DNA of 64,000 nt from Felis catus (taxonomy: Eukaryota): contig NC_058368.1 of assembly GCF_018350175.1 (NCBI RefSeq), positions 114,764,001-114,828,000 of the forward strand, in the 5' to 3' direction. The position numbers and the translations under genes were made by a program. This document shows, piece after piece, positions 25,942 to 37,830 of the stretch. Below the pieces are notes generated by a model. The model worked only from the letters and a program-made list of their open reading frames with translations, searched no databases and was not told the origin of the DNA. Within the stretch, counting starts at the first letter, position 1, and every line of letters starts with the position of its first letter.

Positions 25942-25960
25942 CAGACAGCAGGGGGCGCTG
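25942..25960 (+). promoter_or_regulatory. Candidate CTCF binding site
   Basis: cagacagcagggggcgctg versus CTCF core CCAGCAGGGGGCGC (one core mismatch), in non-repeat DNA. Confidence 0.45.
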
Positions 25961-26362
25961 CTGGGTCATCCCAAGGAGAGGATTCTGGGCTGCTGTCTTT
26001 AGCCTGGACTCTGAGAACACTGGAAATTTTGTCTGTCCACTTGTCAATCTGAGGGTGAGCAGGGCAGGCCCTTTGGGAACTGGAAGCAATCTTTTTTTGG
26101 CAGACAGAGAGAGAGGCTTGAGAAAGAGGCCTTTCTAGCTTGTCCCTGAGACTCCTTGGGCTGGAAGGAAACTGCCCCTAGGAGGTCAGCTTGTAGGGCA
26201 AATCTCCATCTAGGAACCATGGCCAAGCCCAGGTGGGTCCCAGTTTGGGAACAGTGTAATTCCTGGCCTCTTGATAGTCCCTAACAGCCAGCTCTGGTTT
26301 GGCCATCTTTGGGGAGCTGAATTTTCTTCTCAATGACTTCAAGGTTAATCTGTGTTGCCATT

Positions 26363-26596
26363 TTTTTAATTAAAAAAAATTTTTTTTAATGTTTATTTTT
26401 GAGAGAAAGAGAGAGAGAGAGACAGAGCACGAGTGGGAGAGGGGCAGAGAGAGAGGGAGACACAGAATCTGAAGCAGGCTCCAGGCTTTGAGCTGTGTTG
26501 GCACAGAGCCAGACGTGGGACTGGAGTTCACCAACTGCAAGACCGTGACCTGAGCCGAAGTCAGACGCTTAACCAACTGAGCCACCCTGGCGCCCC
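26363..26596 (-). mobile_element. Can-SINE
   Basis: TSD taatctgtgttgccatt/taatctgtgttgctatt. Confidence 0.96.
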
Positions 26597-27365
26597 TAAT
26601 CTGTGTTGCTATTGCCCATGCCCTGCCTACTAGGTTCTTCATCAAGGGGAAAAACAACAACAACAACAACAACAGAAACAAAACAAACAACCTTTTTCTC
26701 TTTCAGATCTGTCCTCTTGGACATATCTAGGAGTCAGAGGTGGGGTGAAGCAGGGAGTGCTGAGCAGGGGTGTGGTACATTCCTGGCCTGAAGGTGACAT
26801 ACCAGGGGCTTTCTGGGCAACCACTTTTCTCAGGGAAACCTTGGAAGGGGGCAGCTTCCCAAGGCCAAGCTCCTGCTTCTTTTCCATGTGTCCCTCAGGC
26901 TTCATTATCCCTACTTAGTCATCCCAAAGCCACTGGACCTCAAGAGTTCGTCCTGTCCAGTAACAGGGCCTGTGTGGACACTGATGTATGGGCCCTCCCC
27001 ATCAGGGAGGGTGACACCTGTATCATGTTACACAGCCCCAGAAGAAAAGCCTGGCCTTTAGCTTCTAGCACCTCCAAGTTTTCTCTGTTCAAATAATGAG
27101 GGGAGAGTCCAGGGCATGGTGGCTGGTGTGGAAGATAGGATCTCTGGGCTGGAAACAAAGGCTTTGTTGCCAGCAGAGCTGAGGACACAGGCCCAAATCT
27201 GTGAATTTATTCTGGGGAAGGACATGACTGAGTCATCCTCAGACCTGGTTTCTAACATCAGAACCCAGAATCACTGGTTCTCTCTAGAGTCTGGCTCTGC
27301 AGGAGCCCCACCTCATCCCATAAGGCCTCGGGGGTGCTGTGAACATTAAAGCAATAGGTCTTCAT

Positions 27366-27595
27366 GGGGCGCCTGGGTTGCGCAGTCGGTTAAGCGTCCG
27401 ACTTCAGCCAGGTAACGATCTCGCGGTCCGTGGGTTCGAGCCCCGTGTCAGGCTCTGGGCTGATGGCTCAGAGCCTGGAGCCTGTTTCCGATTCTGTGTC
27501 TCCCTCTCTCTCTGCCCCTCCCCCGTTCATGCTCTGTCTCTCTCTGTCCCAAAAATAAATAAACGTTGAAAAAAAAAAATTAAAAAAAAAAAAAA
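27366..27595 (+). mobile_element. Young felid Can-SINE (SINEC_Fc-like)
   Basis: CpG-rich gcgcagtcggttaagcgtccg...cgatctcgcggtccgtg; perfect TSD aaagcaataggtcttc. Confidence 0.96.
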
Positions 27596-28649
27596 GCAAT
27601 AGGTCTTCCAGGATACGGAGGAAGGGGGTAAGAGGAAGGGAAAGACAAAGACAGTTTTGGGGGCCCTGGCTGGGTCCAGCATGAGAAGTACTTCACTTTC
27701 CTTAATATCTTAGGGGTCCTGAGCAGCTCCACCCCACAACTCCACCCCACCCCCATGGAGTCATTCACTCTCAAGCTCTCCAGGGCAGTTGAGGTTAGGG
27801 ATGGGATCTTCTTTGATTGGAAATCTGCAGAGAAGCAAAATCTGTAGTTTGCACGTAGCCTTTTCCCTATGTCTCCCAACTCTGTCAACTAGGACACTCT
27901 CTGAGATTTCACGTGAAGTTCTTCCATTTGCAGTCTTAGCCCACCCTTTAGCTTGTGGCACACCTTGGAGACCCCTGGGACACCCACCTGTGCAATTCAC
28001 ACTGTTGGACAAGTGAGGCACAGATGTGTGGAGCAGGCTGACAGGAAGAAGACTGCGTCACAAATTAGCCTTATTCATTTTTCTCAAAGGTCAGAAGTGT
28101 GACTGGCCCCCGAAGGCCGTTGATATTGGTCAGGGAGGAAGATCTGAGAGTTTGGTTATCAGTCTGCAGTTGACTCAACCATATCCAAGAACTCACGGAA
28201 GTGGATCTCAGCTGGATCAATGGACAAAAGACAGATGCCTTTAAGAGGGATTGTAGCCCCACCCACGTGGTCCTCTCATCCATTCTCTGGTGTCCCCTCC
28301 CCTAGCCTGGCATCTGACCCTCTGTGCGGAGATAAAACCTTTTTCCATTCTAAATGACCCTTTACCCCTTTTCTGCAGGATGCTAGGCATTAGCTGGACA
28401 TCAGCCTGCTCACAGAAGCTCAGGCTCCTGAGATGGAAATGAAGGAGTGCAGAAGTCAAAGTCATTCCTGGTCCAGAAGCAAGTTGAGCATTCACTGGCA
28501 TGGCCACTGGGAAGGACCAATCCAACCCTTGTGATTCCAGAAGCCTCATTTTCAAGGCCCCTACTGTTTAAGGAACTAGGAGTTTGGGCCATCTCAGTAA
28601 TGGCTCCTTGATATATAATCTGAGGCTTTAGGGGAAGAGGGATACAGGA

Positions 28650-29060
28650 ATCAAAAATAACAACTCCTGTTCATTGAGCACTTTCTATAGGTAAAGTGTT
28701 GGTCTAAGCATTTCACATGCTTTGCCTTGTGTAATCTTCAAACGACTCACTGAATTGTGATCCCTCTTTTATAGATGAGTAAACTAGGCACCCACTTAAT
28801 GATAATAAAAATTAAAATAGTAATATTAATGAGAAAAATTTAACAGCTTTAATGTTTTTTACACTGATCCAGTGCCAGGCCCTGTGCAAGCATATTATAT
28901 ATGTATGATATCAAGTCCTGACAGTTCATCATATTATCCCCGTTTTCAGCTAAGGAAACAGACTGAGGGAAGTGACTTGCCTGAGGTCACTGGATTTCAG
29001 AAAGTGACCGAGCCAAGAGCCAAACTCGCTTCTGTGTGATTCCAAAGCAGCCTGAAGCCA
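28650..29060 (-). mobile_element. Two adjacent MIR fragments
   Basis: ttttatagatgagtaaactaggcac and attatccccgttttcagctaaggaaacagactgagggaagtgacttgcctgaggtcac. Confidence 0.75.
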
Positions 29061-29379
29061 CGATTCCTTAGCAACCTCCCAAGGGGGCCATCATGGCGAG
29101 GACAGGAGGTTATGGAAGAGAATCCCATTGGCCTTTAAAAGCAGAGGTACCCTGGCTTATGAGCTGGGCCATGAGCTACAAAATCTGCCATTATGGGAAG
29201 CTGTGGGAGAGACACCGCCCCTTCCCACTGGGCAGTGAGGGAAGCTTTAATGCCGTCTTCTCACCCACCTGGTAATGGGCCGTGTAAACTCACAAACTGC
29301 AGGAAAACAGTTCCTTGAACAGGGATGCAGAGGATGTTTGCTCTGGTCCAAAGCCTCTGCCTCCCTGCTCACCCTGAGA

Positions 29380-29855
29380 TGTGGGGCTGTTGTCAGTCTC
29401 TGCTTTCTCTCCGTTGTCACTGTGAATCCTGCTGGGCTATCGTTGCCTTGGTAACTTGCTGGGAAGCTCTTGAGGCTTTCTAAAACCAGAGAGGGCTGTG
29501 GAGGGAGGAACGAGCTCTGCTGGGCTGCCGATCACAGAAGGGAAGAAACTATCCCCGCGTTTGCTGCCCTTACCAGCCACACAGACAGTCCTTCCTTGGG
29601 TTTTACCTCAGCCTCTTCTGTTGCCTCCACAGGAGCTTCGTAGCTTTTGAGGCCGGGCCTGAGTGGGGGGCGGGGCGGAGGGGAGCATTCACTGGCATGG
29701 CCCTGTGCTGCTCTGCCCTTGGAGTTGGTTCCCACTGTTGTCAGACAGAGCTGCTTGGACTTCCGGTTGCACCCATTCCCTGGCCCTGAAATGTTAATTG
29801 GTTTATGAAGCTCACTGCCTATTTTTTATGAGACAGATAATTATGGTAAGGGGAG
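29380..29855. promoter_or_regulatory. Candidate promoter/enhancer (RFX X-box, GC boxes, ETS)
   Basis: gttgccttggtaac 29442-29455; gggggcggggcggagggg about 29666-29683; acttccggtt 29758-29768; locally raised CpG. Confidence 0.45.
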
Positions 29856-30299
29856 GTCAGGCCCTACTCTGCTGGACTTTGTGGGGCCTCCAGTACTCCT
29901 GACTCCCCAGTCAGAACCCAGGCAGACTGATGGGATCTGGGTGGGCAGGAGCAGGCCTAGGCGTTGGGGAGGGGCCTGGATATACTCACCATGGGACAAG
30001 GGGCCAAGCCTTCAGGCTTGTAGTCCCTGTGATGGGATCAAGGAGGCGAATGCACACCTGCCACATAGTTGAGGTGGGTACCTGCAGATGCTGTCCTTGG
30101 GTGAGAGAGACAGAGGTGTGGCAGCTCTTAGGCTTCCTAAGGGATTCCTACATGGGGCTGCCCCTGGCTGTGCCAAGAAATCCTTAATCTTGACACCATT
30201 GTCACCTGTGGAACTGTTTCTCCCCCCACCCCCCTCTCTGTTTTGGGCCTCTTCCTTTCTTTTCTCCTATAGTCTGAGTCTGAAATATGGCCTCTTTCT

Positions 30300-30440
30300 T
30301 TGGCCAGTCTCTATAACTGATCTCTCTTTCTCTCTTGGTCTTTCTCCCTCTGTCCTAGTCCAGGATCAATATCTCTATCTCTATCTCTGTGTGTCTCTTT
30401 ATCTCTCTCTCTCTCTCTGTCTCTCCCCTTCTCTCCTTCC
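30300..30440. repeat. CT-rich low-complexity tract
   Basis: atctctatctctatctct...ctctctctctct. Confidence 0.8.
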
Positions 30441-32055
30441 CAGGTGGGAATAGACTTGCTGTCCACTGGAAGGCAGCTCCCTCATGGGTTTTACTTCTGG
30501 CACAGGTAGGGTCTGCGATGGGGAGTAGACAGTGCAAGAAATTCCACTGAAACTGGGATGGCTCCCCTCCAACCCTCAGGGAAAGCAAGAGCAGGGAATG
30601 AGGGGGCAGAGGTTTATGGGCTTCTCTCCAGGGTACGATCTGATGTACAGTTTTGTGACTCCCAGGTCGTCTGAGTGGCCTGTCCTGTCCCTAGACCAGG
30701 CCGAACATCTGTGTGCCCTGCATCACATCCCTTAGCCCTCTGGGAAGGATCTCTGACAATCTACTCTGGCTCTAAGTATTGTCTGTCTGTCCTCATGCCC
30801 TCCTCCAAAGGGGGAGAGGGTGGCTGACCCATGCATGGCAGATGTATAACAACACTTTCAGACCCAGCCGGTTGCTGGATCTGCTTGGCAGTGGGACACG
30901 ATGACCTCAGGAAGACACCAACCTACTCGATATATTGCCAAACTCCCTCCTCCCTTGCTTTCTTCCTCAGTGGCCAGCTCCCCAGAAGTTGCTTCCCCTT
31001 TAAACTAAGTCCAACCTTGAAGGGAAAGAAGGAGGGAGGAATGAGACTGGAGCTGCTCAGGTCAGGAGGGCCTAGAGTCCCAACTACAGAGGCCAGGCCC
31101 TCCTCCTTCTGCTCCTCCTCCATTTAATTAGCTAATGTCTGTAAAGGGCTGGGCGGCAGAAAAGCCCCATACAAATGTTGAGCACAATTTCATTTCCAAG
31201 ACTCGCCAAGAATGTATTTGCAGACTTGAGCGAGAGGTCACTGGGCCTGCCTGGGACACAGGGAGGACTCCCTGCAGGGGAGGACAGAGGTCCTGGGAGG
31301 CCAGAGCAGGGGAATGAGAGGCCACGATGGAGGCCAGGGTCCCAGACTCCTTGGTCTTCCAGCTGAGCATCTTGGCACCAAACCTGCTTTCCACTGGCCT
31401 CCACCCTTCCTGACTCCCAGGGTCCTAGAGGTCCAGCCTTCTCTGTAGGGACCAGCCTCAGAGACTTGCTATCTGGAAATTATGTGGCTATTCACAACAG
31501 CTAATATTTATTGAACACTTACTATGTGTCAGGCTGTGCTAAGGGGGCTCTATCTGTCCAGCTTGGGGAGAAATGGCTGCTCTTGGTGGCAGTAGAGTGT
31601 AGGATAGGAACTTTCCAGTGAAGCGGCCCCCTTTGCTCCACTTGAAACATTTAGAAGGGGGGTGTCACTTTTCTGACCAATGAGAAGAGATTCTGCTTTG
31701 TAATCCAGGTCCCTCCAGTGTCGATACTCTGCAAGTTTCTGAACTCTCCTTTCCTTTCCCCAGTGACAACTCACCTGGTCCTAAATCCATTATTAAAGAT
31801 CCTTGGGGCCAATTAGCCTTGACAGGTTCCATGTCCAAAGGGACAGCTTTCCAGTTTTTGGTGCTCCAAGGCCTGCTTATGTGAACCTGTCCATCTCAGA
31901 ATTCTGTGCATCTGATACTGAGGAGTGGCCACATTCCTCCATTTCTGGGTAGGACTTGGCTTTGCTTGGGGGTCAGAGAGGCTGAGCCTGGGAAAATGGA
32001 ATGGCCAGCCTCCTCTTTCACAGTTCCATTGCCAAGGTGAGTGCTTTGGGAAGGT

Positions 32056-32097
32056 GAGAGAGCGAGAGCGAGAGCGAGAGCGAGAGAGAGAGAGAGA
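32056..32097. repeat. (GAGAGC)n/(GA)n microsatellite
   Basis: gagagagcgagagcgagagcgagagcgagagagagagaga. Confidence 0.9.
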
Positions 32098-33419
32098 TAT
32101 TGAGCTTGAGCGCAAAGCAGAGAATGGAAGAAAGCAGGGTTCAGGAAGAGACATGCAGGCCAGACTGGGAATATTGGTGTTTCTATCATGTCCTGGGCCT
32201 CCTTTGTCTCCAGCCCCTCATTCTCTAAAATCTGAACAGAGCTGGAGTGGGCTTTCTGAGAGACAAGATCCTTGAGCCCCCAAACCTGGCCAACCTCTTC
32301 TGTTTCCCTAGTTGTTCTTCTCTGGCTTCCCTCCAGAGCCCAGGGGCCTCCATGTGTCATCAGTTCATTATCATTCAGGTAAAAGTCATTAGTCCTTGAA
32401 AAAGTATGACTCCCCAGCTGAGGCCAGCCCCCCATCTCCACCTGAGGAGAGGAGTACAAATGTTTGGAGACCTCCTTCGGAACTGTAGGGAGAGATATAC
32501 ACAGTTGCACAGACACAAGACACACTGATGCTTATTCCCAAGGGTGTGTGCACACACCCTTTTATGTCCTTTTATGTACCCCCTTTACTCACAGGCACAT
32601 TTTATGTGCTCAGGGGTAGTTACACCAGAGAGCCCACAGAGCTGTAGCTGCTCTCTTGCTTACCATCCCTGAGATTCACTCCTCATCTTGCAGCATCCAG
32701 CAGCCTCAGCCTCCTGCATACCCAGAAGCCAGGCTTCCCAGACCGGTGGGGGAGGGGAACGGAATGTAGAAGCTGAGGTTAGAGATCTGCAAGTTCCATT
32801 AGCCACAAGAAGCATGTCTGGAATCTAAAAGCACAGGGACAAGGGCGCTGCGGAGCAATTCCTGACAGCGTGTTCACATTTCCCACCCCCTCCCCTGCTA
32901 GGAAGCTCCTCTCGGTCAATAAAGCCATTTAGGGATTAGAGCAGCTCCCTCAATAAAAGCTGCTTATTCAAAAGGTGCTTTCAGTTAATTTGCATTTACT
33001 TTATGGATATTATAATGCGTGGAAGAGCTGCCTCCTCAGACTCCCTTCGCTGTCCCCATTTTGAGTCCCAAGCCACATACTCTCTCTTCATTCCATGCCC
33101 CTCTCCCCTGCCCCAACCAGTAGGCACTGTTGGGGCTGAGCCATGCTTCCAAGCAACCCAGGGACCCTGATGAAGAGTGGGAGGTGGTGAACGCTGGCCA
33201 CTGACCCATGGTTCCTGGAGGGGCAGCCCCAGGGACAGCTAGAAGGGGCCAAGCCGAAAGAGTTTTCCCAAAAGAGAGGAAAGACCCAGGCCCTGGGGGA
33301 ACTGTCCTAGTTCCTGAACTCCTGGGGAAAAACTGATCTGACTGCTGTTTGTAAGTGGAGACACCATGGGGCTAAGCAGAATCAGCTTTAACTCCTAACA
33401 CTTCCTCTGGCAGCACCTC

Positions 33420-34255
33420 CCGTACATTCAGTTTATTCAGAGAATATTTAATTAATGCCTATTAGGTACCAGGCTTTATGCTAAGCACCTGGAATAAAGT
33501 GGTGAATATGACAGTATGGCCCCTGCCCTCCAGAAATTCTGGTCTAGTGGGGAAAACCCATGAAAAATGAGCCAGTGAATATACAATTTCAAATTATATA
33601 AAATATAATCGGTACTATAAAGTGAACAAACGGTGCTGATAGGAAGAGGGACCTACTTAAGATGGGTGGTGGGAAGGGTGGTGACAAGAAACAGAGCTGG
33701 AAGAATAGGAGCCATGGGAGAAGCATTTCAGATTGTAGGAACTGCCATCGCAAAGGCCCTGTGGCAGGAGTGTTGGTGAAACAGAATGCAGTGAGGGGAG
33801 GAGTGGTATCCAGTGAGGGTACTATGGTTTAAGATGGGCAAGGTCAAGTCTCGTGAGCCATGGTAAGGAATTGGGTATTATCCTAAGGGTGGGGCCACCT
33901 GAGTGGCTCAGTCAATTAAGTGGCCGACTCTTGATCTCGGCTCAGGTCATGACCTCATGGTTCGTGAGCACAGAGCCTGCTTGGAATTCTGTCTCTCCAT
34001 GCCTCTGCCCCTTCTCAGCTTGTACTTTGTCTCTCTCTCTCTCTCAAAATAAATAACTAAACTTAAAAGAAAAACAAAAAAGCTATATCCTAAGGGTGGA
34101 GGGAAGCTGACAAAGAAGTTTAATCAGGGACAAAAGGCATGATTTGACGTCCATTCATCAGGAATGTGTGTTAGAAGGGTAGTAGTGGATGCAGATCAAT
34201 GAGGAAGCTATTGCCATCATCCTAGCAAAGAGGAGCAGGAAGGGGGAAGGGACAC
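33420..34255 (-). mobile_element. L2, interrupted by a SINE
   Basis: cattcagtttattcagagaatatttaattaatgcctattaggtaccaggc...caaaggccctgtggcaggag...gaggaagctattgc. Confidence 0.8.
33891..34081 (+). mobile_element. Can-SINE with internal deletion
   Basis: TSD tatcctaagggt; body jumps from ttcgtgag to cacagagcc. Confidence 0.92.
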
Positions 34256-34282
34256 ATCCAACTTCTTTTTTTTTTTTTTTTT

Positions 34283-34492
34283 GATTTTTTTTTAATGTTT
34301 TATTTATTTTTGAGAGAGAGAGTGGGCACAAGCAGGTGAGGGGTAGAGAGAGAGGGAGACACAGAATCCAAAGCAGGCTCCAGTCTCCGAGCTGTCAGGA
34401 CAGAGCCCTATGTGGGGCTCAAATCCACCAACTGTGAGATCATGACCTGAGCCAAAGTCGGACGTTTAACCGACTGAGCCACCCAGGCGTCC
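34283..34492 (-). mobile_element. Can-SINE
   Basis: Reverse SINE ending acccaggcgtcc. Confidence 0.95.
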
Positions 34493-34502
34493 TTGATTTC
34501 TT

Positions 34503-34631
34503 TCTTTTTTTTTCCTTTTTTTTTTTTTAATGAAATTTACTGTCAAATTGGTTTCCATACAACACCCAGTGCTTATCCCAAAAGGTGCCCTTCTCAATAC
34601 CCATCTCCCACTCCCCCCCACCTCCCACCCC
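34503..34631 (-). mobile_element. 5'-truncated felid L1 3' end
   Basis: Poly-T then aatgaaatttactgtcaaattggtttccatacaacacccagtgcttatcccaaaaggtgccc; TSD tgatttctt. Confidence 0.88.
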
Positions 34632-34682
34632 TGATTTCTTCTAGCTTATTGATATATTCTAAATTCTCTGCAATCTCCACTA

Positions 34683-34905
34683 TTTTTTTTAAGTTTATTT
34701 ATTTGTGAGAGAGAGTGAGAGAGAGAGAGAGAACGAGAGAGAGAGTGTGCACAAGCAGGGGAGGGGCAGAGACATGGACTCCCAAACAGGCTCCAGGCTC
34801 TGAACCCACAACACAGAGCCCAACGTGGGGCTCGAACTCACAAACTGTGAGATCATGACCTGAGCCGAAGTCAGACACTTAACCAACTGAGCCACCCAGG
34901 CACCC
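34683..34905 (-). mobile_element. Can-SINE
   Basis: Reverse SINE ending gccacccaggcaccc. Confidence 0.94.
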
Positions 34906-36374
34906 TAACATCAAAGTTCTTTTTAAAGGGAGAATCAAAGTCCTCAAGGTACCTGCTAGATAGAAATCAAGAAGTCCTCACTTTATATATGTCCTTTTAT
35001 CACCCCCAAGGTCCTTTTATGTCTTCATGTACACCATGAGATTTCCCATCCCAGGTCAGGGCAAAGTCACGGCTGGTGCCTCCTCAGCCCCACATCAGTC
35101 CATGGTAAGGGCACTGTGTTTTTGAGACTCTCCAGGAAAGGGGCCTACCTGCCTCCTTCTGGCACAACCTGTGAGACTGGGAGAAAGGTGCCATTCTGGG
35201 AGGAGGGGTCAGTTTCAGTGCCTTCTTGCCCAGGTGATCCTAAGCTTTACAGTGCTACACACTGGGCATCGTGCAGCTCAGGCCTGGCTGAATCAGGACT
35301 CAGAGCCACCCACCTCCGTTCCCCACGCACCCTAGAGTCAAAATCAGCTCTCCCAGTGCCTTTTCTACCATCATTTAGGGGATGGGAAGGATGTCAGAAT
35401 CAGGACTGGGGGAAGGGGACTGCTCAGAACCTGAATCACCCCCCAAGGATGCAGGAATATGAGACGAGGATCCTGCGCTTGAACATTTACAGGTAGCACT
35501 CAGGATTGAAAACTGATTTATAGTCTGAAGGCAGGCAGGCAGGAGCGGGAGGAAGGTGGGGAGCTCTGTGTACAGTGCAGCCTTGTTGGGCAGCGGTAAT
35601 TATATATTACATTGAACTGTCCTTGCAGCACAGTGAAGGGCAGTGGGAATGAGACTCTAAATCACACTTCTCTGATGCTCCCCATAGCTCACCTCCCTGT
35701 GATGTGGCCCCAGAGCCCAGGGCTAACGCTTCTCAACAGACACACATACACGCACACACACAGGCATACACACACAGCCTGGGGGGACTCAGAGAAGTGG
35801 GGGGAGATCGGATGTTATCACCTCTGGCAGCTTCTGGGGGGCTGCTCATGCTACATGCCTCATTGTATATTGCACTCCATACCTCCCACATTCTTTATTC
35901 CTCTTCTTCCACTGGGGCCTGAATGTGGGCTATGTCATTTGAAGAAGACATCCCTGTCCACCCGTCATTTGTTTGCTGCTGCAGCATCTCCCTTCTCCAC
36001 ACCACAGTTACTACCTTAGTTCATTTGGGACCTCATCACTTCTCTCCTGGATTTCTGCAAGTGACTCCTAACTCACTCTTTACTAATCCATCATCCTTTA
36101 CTTTGTTGCCATGGTGATCTCCCTCAACATACTCTGACCATAATCTTGATCTCATTTGTCAGGGAATTGCAGGAGTGGGGAGAGATGGTCAAAGACTTTG
36201 GGTCCTTGAGAGCCCAGTAAGGAAGAATTTTCCCCAGGCTCTCCTGAGGTTGGTAATCGCTGGCTTACCTCCCATCCTGTGCTATCTCTGACCTAGGCTT
36301 TCCACCAATCCCCTCATCCGTCTTTCCAGGCCCCTGGCTATAGGTGGCCAGCACTTGCTGGTTCATTAGGGTGG

Positions 36375-37100
36375 TGGTGGTGCTTAAGTGGTGATAAGAA
36401 CAAGCTCTGGGGTCAGACAGATCTAGATTTGAATTCTGGTCTCTGACCATGCCCAAGTTATTCTAAGTAGTGAACTGATGAAGATCATGAACTCTGCAGC
36501 CAGATTCCCTGAGCCTGAATCTTGGCTCTGCTACTCTTTTTTAGTTTGGCTAGGGCAAATGATTCAACCTTCCTATGCAGTTTTCCCATTTCTAAAATGA
36601 GGATAATAGTACCTATCTCATGGGGTTGTGATGCAGATTAAATGAATACAATAATAGGGCGCCTGGGTGGCTCAGTCAGTTGAGTGTCCAGTTGAGTGTC
36701 TGACTTTGGCTCAGGTCATGATCTCACGGTTGGTTAGATGAAGCTCCACATCGCGCTCTCTGCTGTCAGCACAGAGTCTGCTTTGGATCCTCTATCCCCC
36801 TCTCTCTCTCTGCACCTTCCCCACTTGTGCTATTTCTCTCTCTCTCAAAAATAAATAAATGTTTTTTTTTAAAAAATAAAAAAATAAATGAACACAATAA
36901 TATCTTGCTGGTACAATAGTGTTGTGAGTGTAAGCTATTATTATTTGTAACTTCACCTCTCTGAGCTTCAATTTCCTTGTCTATAACAATTCTTCATAAT
37001 ATGACTCCTCCTTGCCCCAAGGTTGTTGTGAAGATCAAGGCACATTCCCTTTAGAAACTCTCAAAGGCTCTACAAATGTATGGTATTATTATTTATTATC
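36375..37100 (+). mobile_element. MIR containing a second MIR (about 36465-36945)
   Basis: Outer MIR breaks at gcccaagtta and resumes at cttcacctctctgagcttcaatttcc after a complete inner MIR. Confidence 0.65.
36657..36885 (+). mobile_element. Can-SINE in the inner MIR
   Basis: TSD aaatgaatacaataata/aaatgaacacaataata; internal 12-bp duplication cagttgagtgtc. Confidence 0.95.
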
Positions 37101-37176
37101 AGATACTTGCTCCCTGGCAGTTCTACAAATGTATGGTATTATTATTTATTATCAGGTACGTGCTCCCTGCAGTTCT
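37069..37176. repeat. 53-bp tandem duplication
   Basis: tctacaaatgtatggtattattatttattatcag(a/g)tac(t/g)tgctccctg(g)cagt x2. Confidence 0.93.
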
Positions 37177-37416
37177 CAGGGTTTGGGCAAGAGGGCCACG
37201 TTCCGTTCCCTTTAATAACTAAGCAGCTACCTTCGTCCTCCTCCTATGTCAGCCTCAGGCAGACAATCGAGGAGTCCTGGAACCAGAAGCAGTCTTAGAG
37301 GTCATCCGTCCTCTTCCAACCTGAGGAAGGGGCATACAAGGTCCTGTGGACAGACTGGCATCTCTGATAGAGATGCTTTCCAAGGAGGTTGCCAATTAAG
37401 AATATAGTCTATTCTT

Positions 37417-37637
37417 GAGGTGCCTGGGTGGCTCAGTCAGTTAAGCGTCCGACTTCAGCTCAGGTCATGATCTCACAGTCTGTGAGTTCGAGCCCCGCAT
37501 CAGGTTCTGTGCTGACAGCTCAGAGCCTGGAGCCTGCTTCGGATGCTGTGTCTCCCTCTCTCTCTGCCCCTCCCCTGCTCATGCTCTGTCTCTCTCTGTC
37601 TCAAAAATAAATAAAAACATTTAAAAAAAAAAAAAAA
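37417..37637 (+). mobile_element. Can-SINE
   Basis: Perfect 18-bp TSD aagaatatagtctattct. Confidence 0.96.
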
Positions 37638-37661
37638 GAATATAGTCTATTCTCTTCATTG

Positions 37662-37830
37662 CAGAGGTGGACCCAGATATTGTGGGTCCCACAGCTTATA
37701 TAATTTGGGGGTGCTTTCTTTAAGAAAAACGATACAAAATTACAAACATAAAATTAAGTACAGACTTGGGAAGGGACCTGTGCAAATGAGGAGCTTAAGC
37801 TTCATTAGCTTCATGGAAAATCCACCTCTG
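37662..37830. mobile_element. Non-autonomous hAT (Tip100-type) MITE
   Basis: Perfect 10-bp TIR cagaggtgga/tccacctctg; 8-bp flanks cttcattg/ccacagtg (5/8 match). Confidence 0.8.

Noticed and set aside
31896..32525. Longest ORF (209 aa)
   Set aside because: Non-ATG start, reads through a (GAGAGC)n microsatellite (LALALAL), no recognisable homology
37069..37176. CRISPR-like direct repeats
   Set aside because: Two abutting copies with no spacers in eukaryotic DNA; a simple tandem duplication
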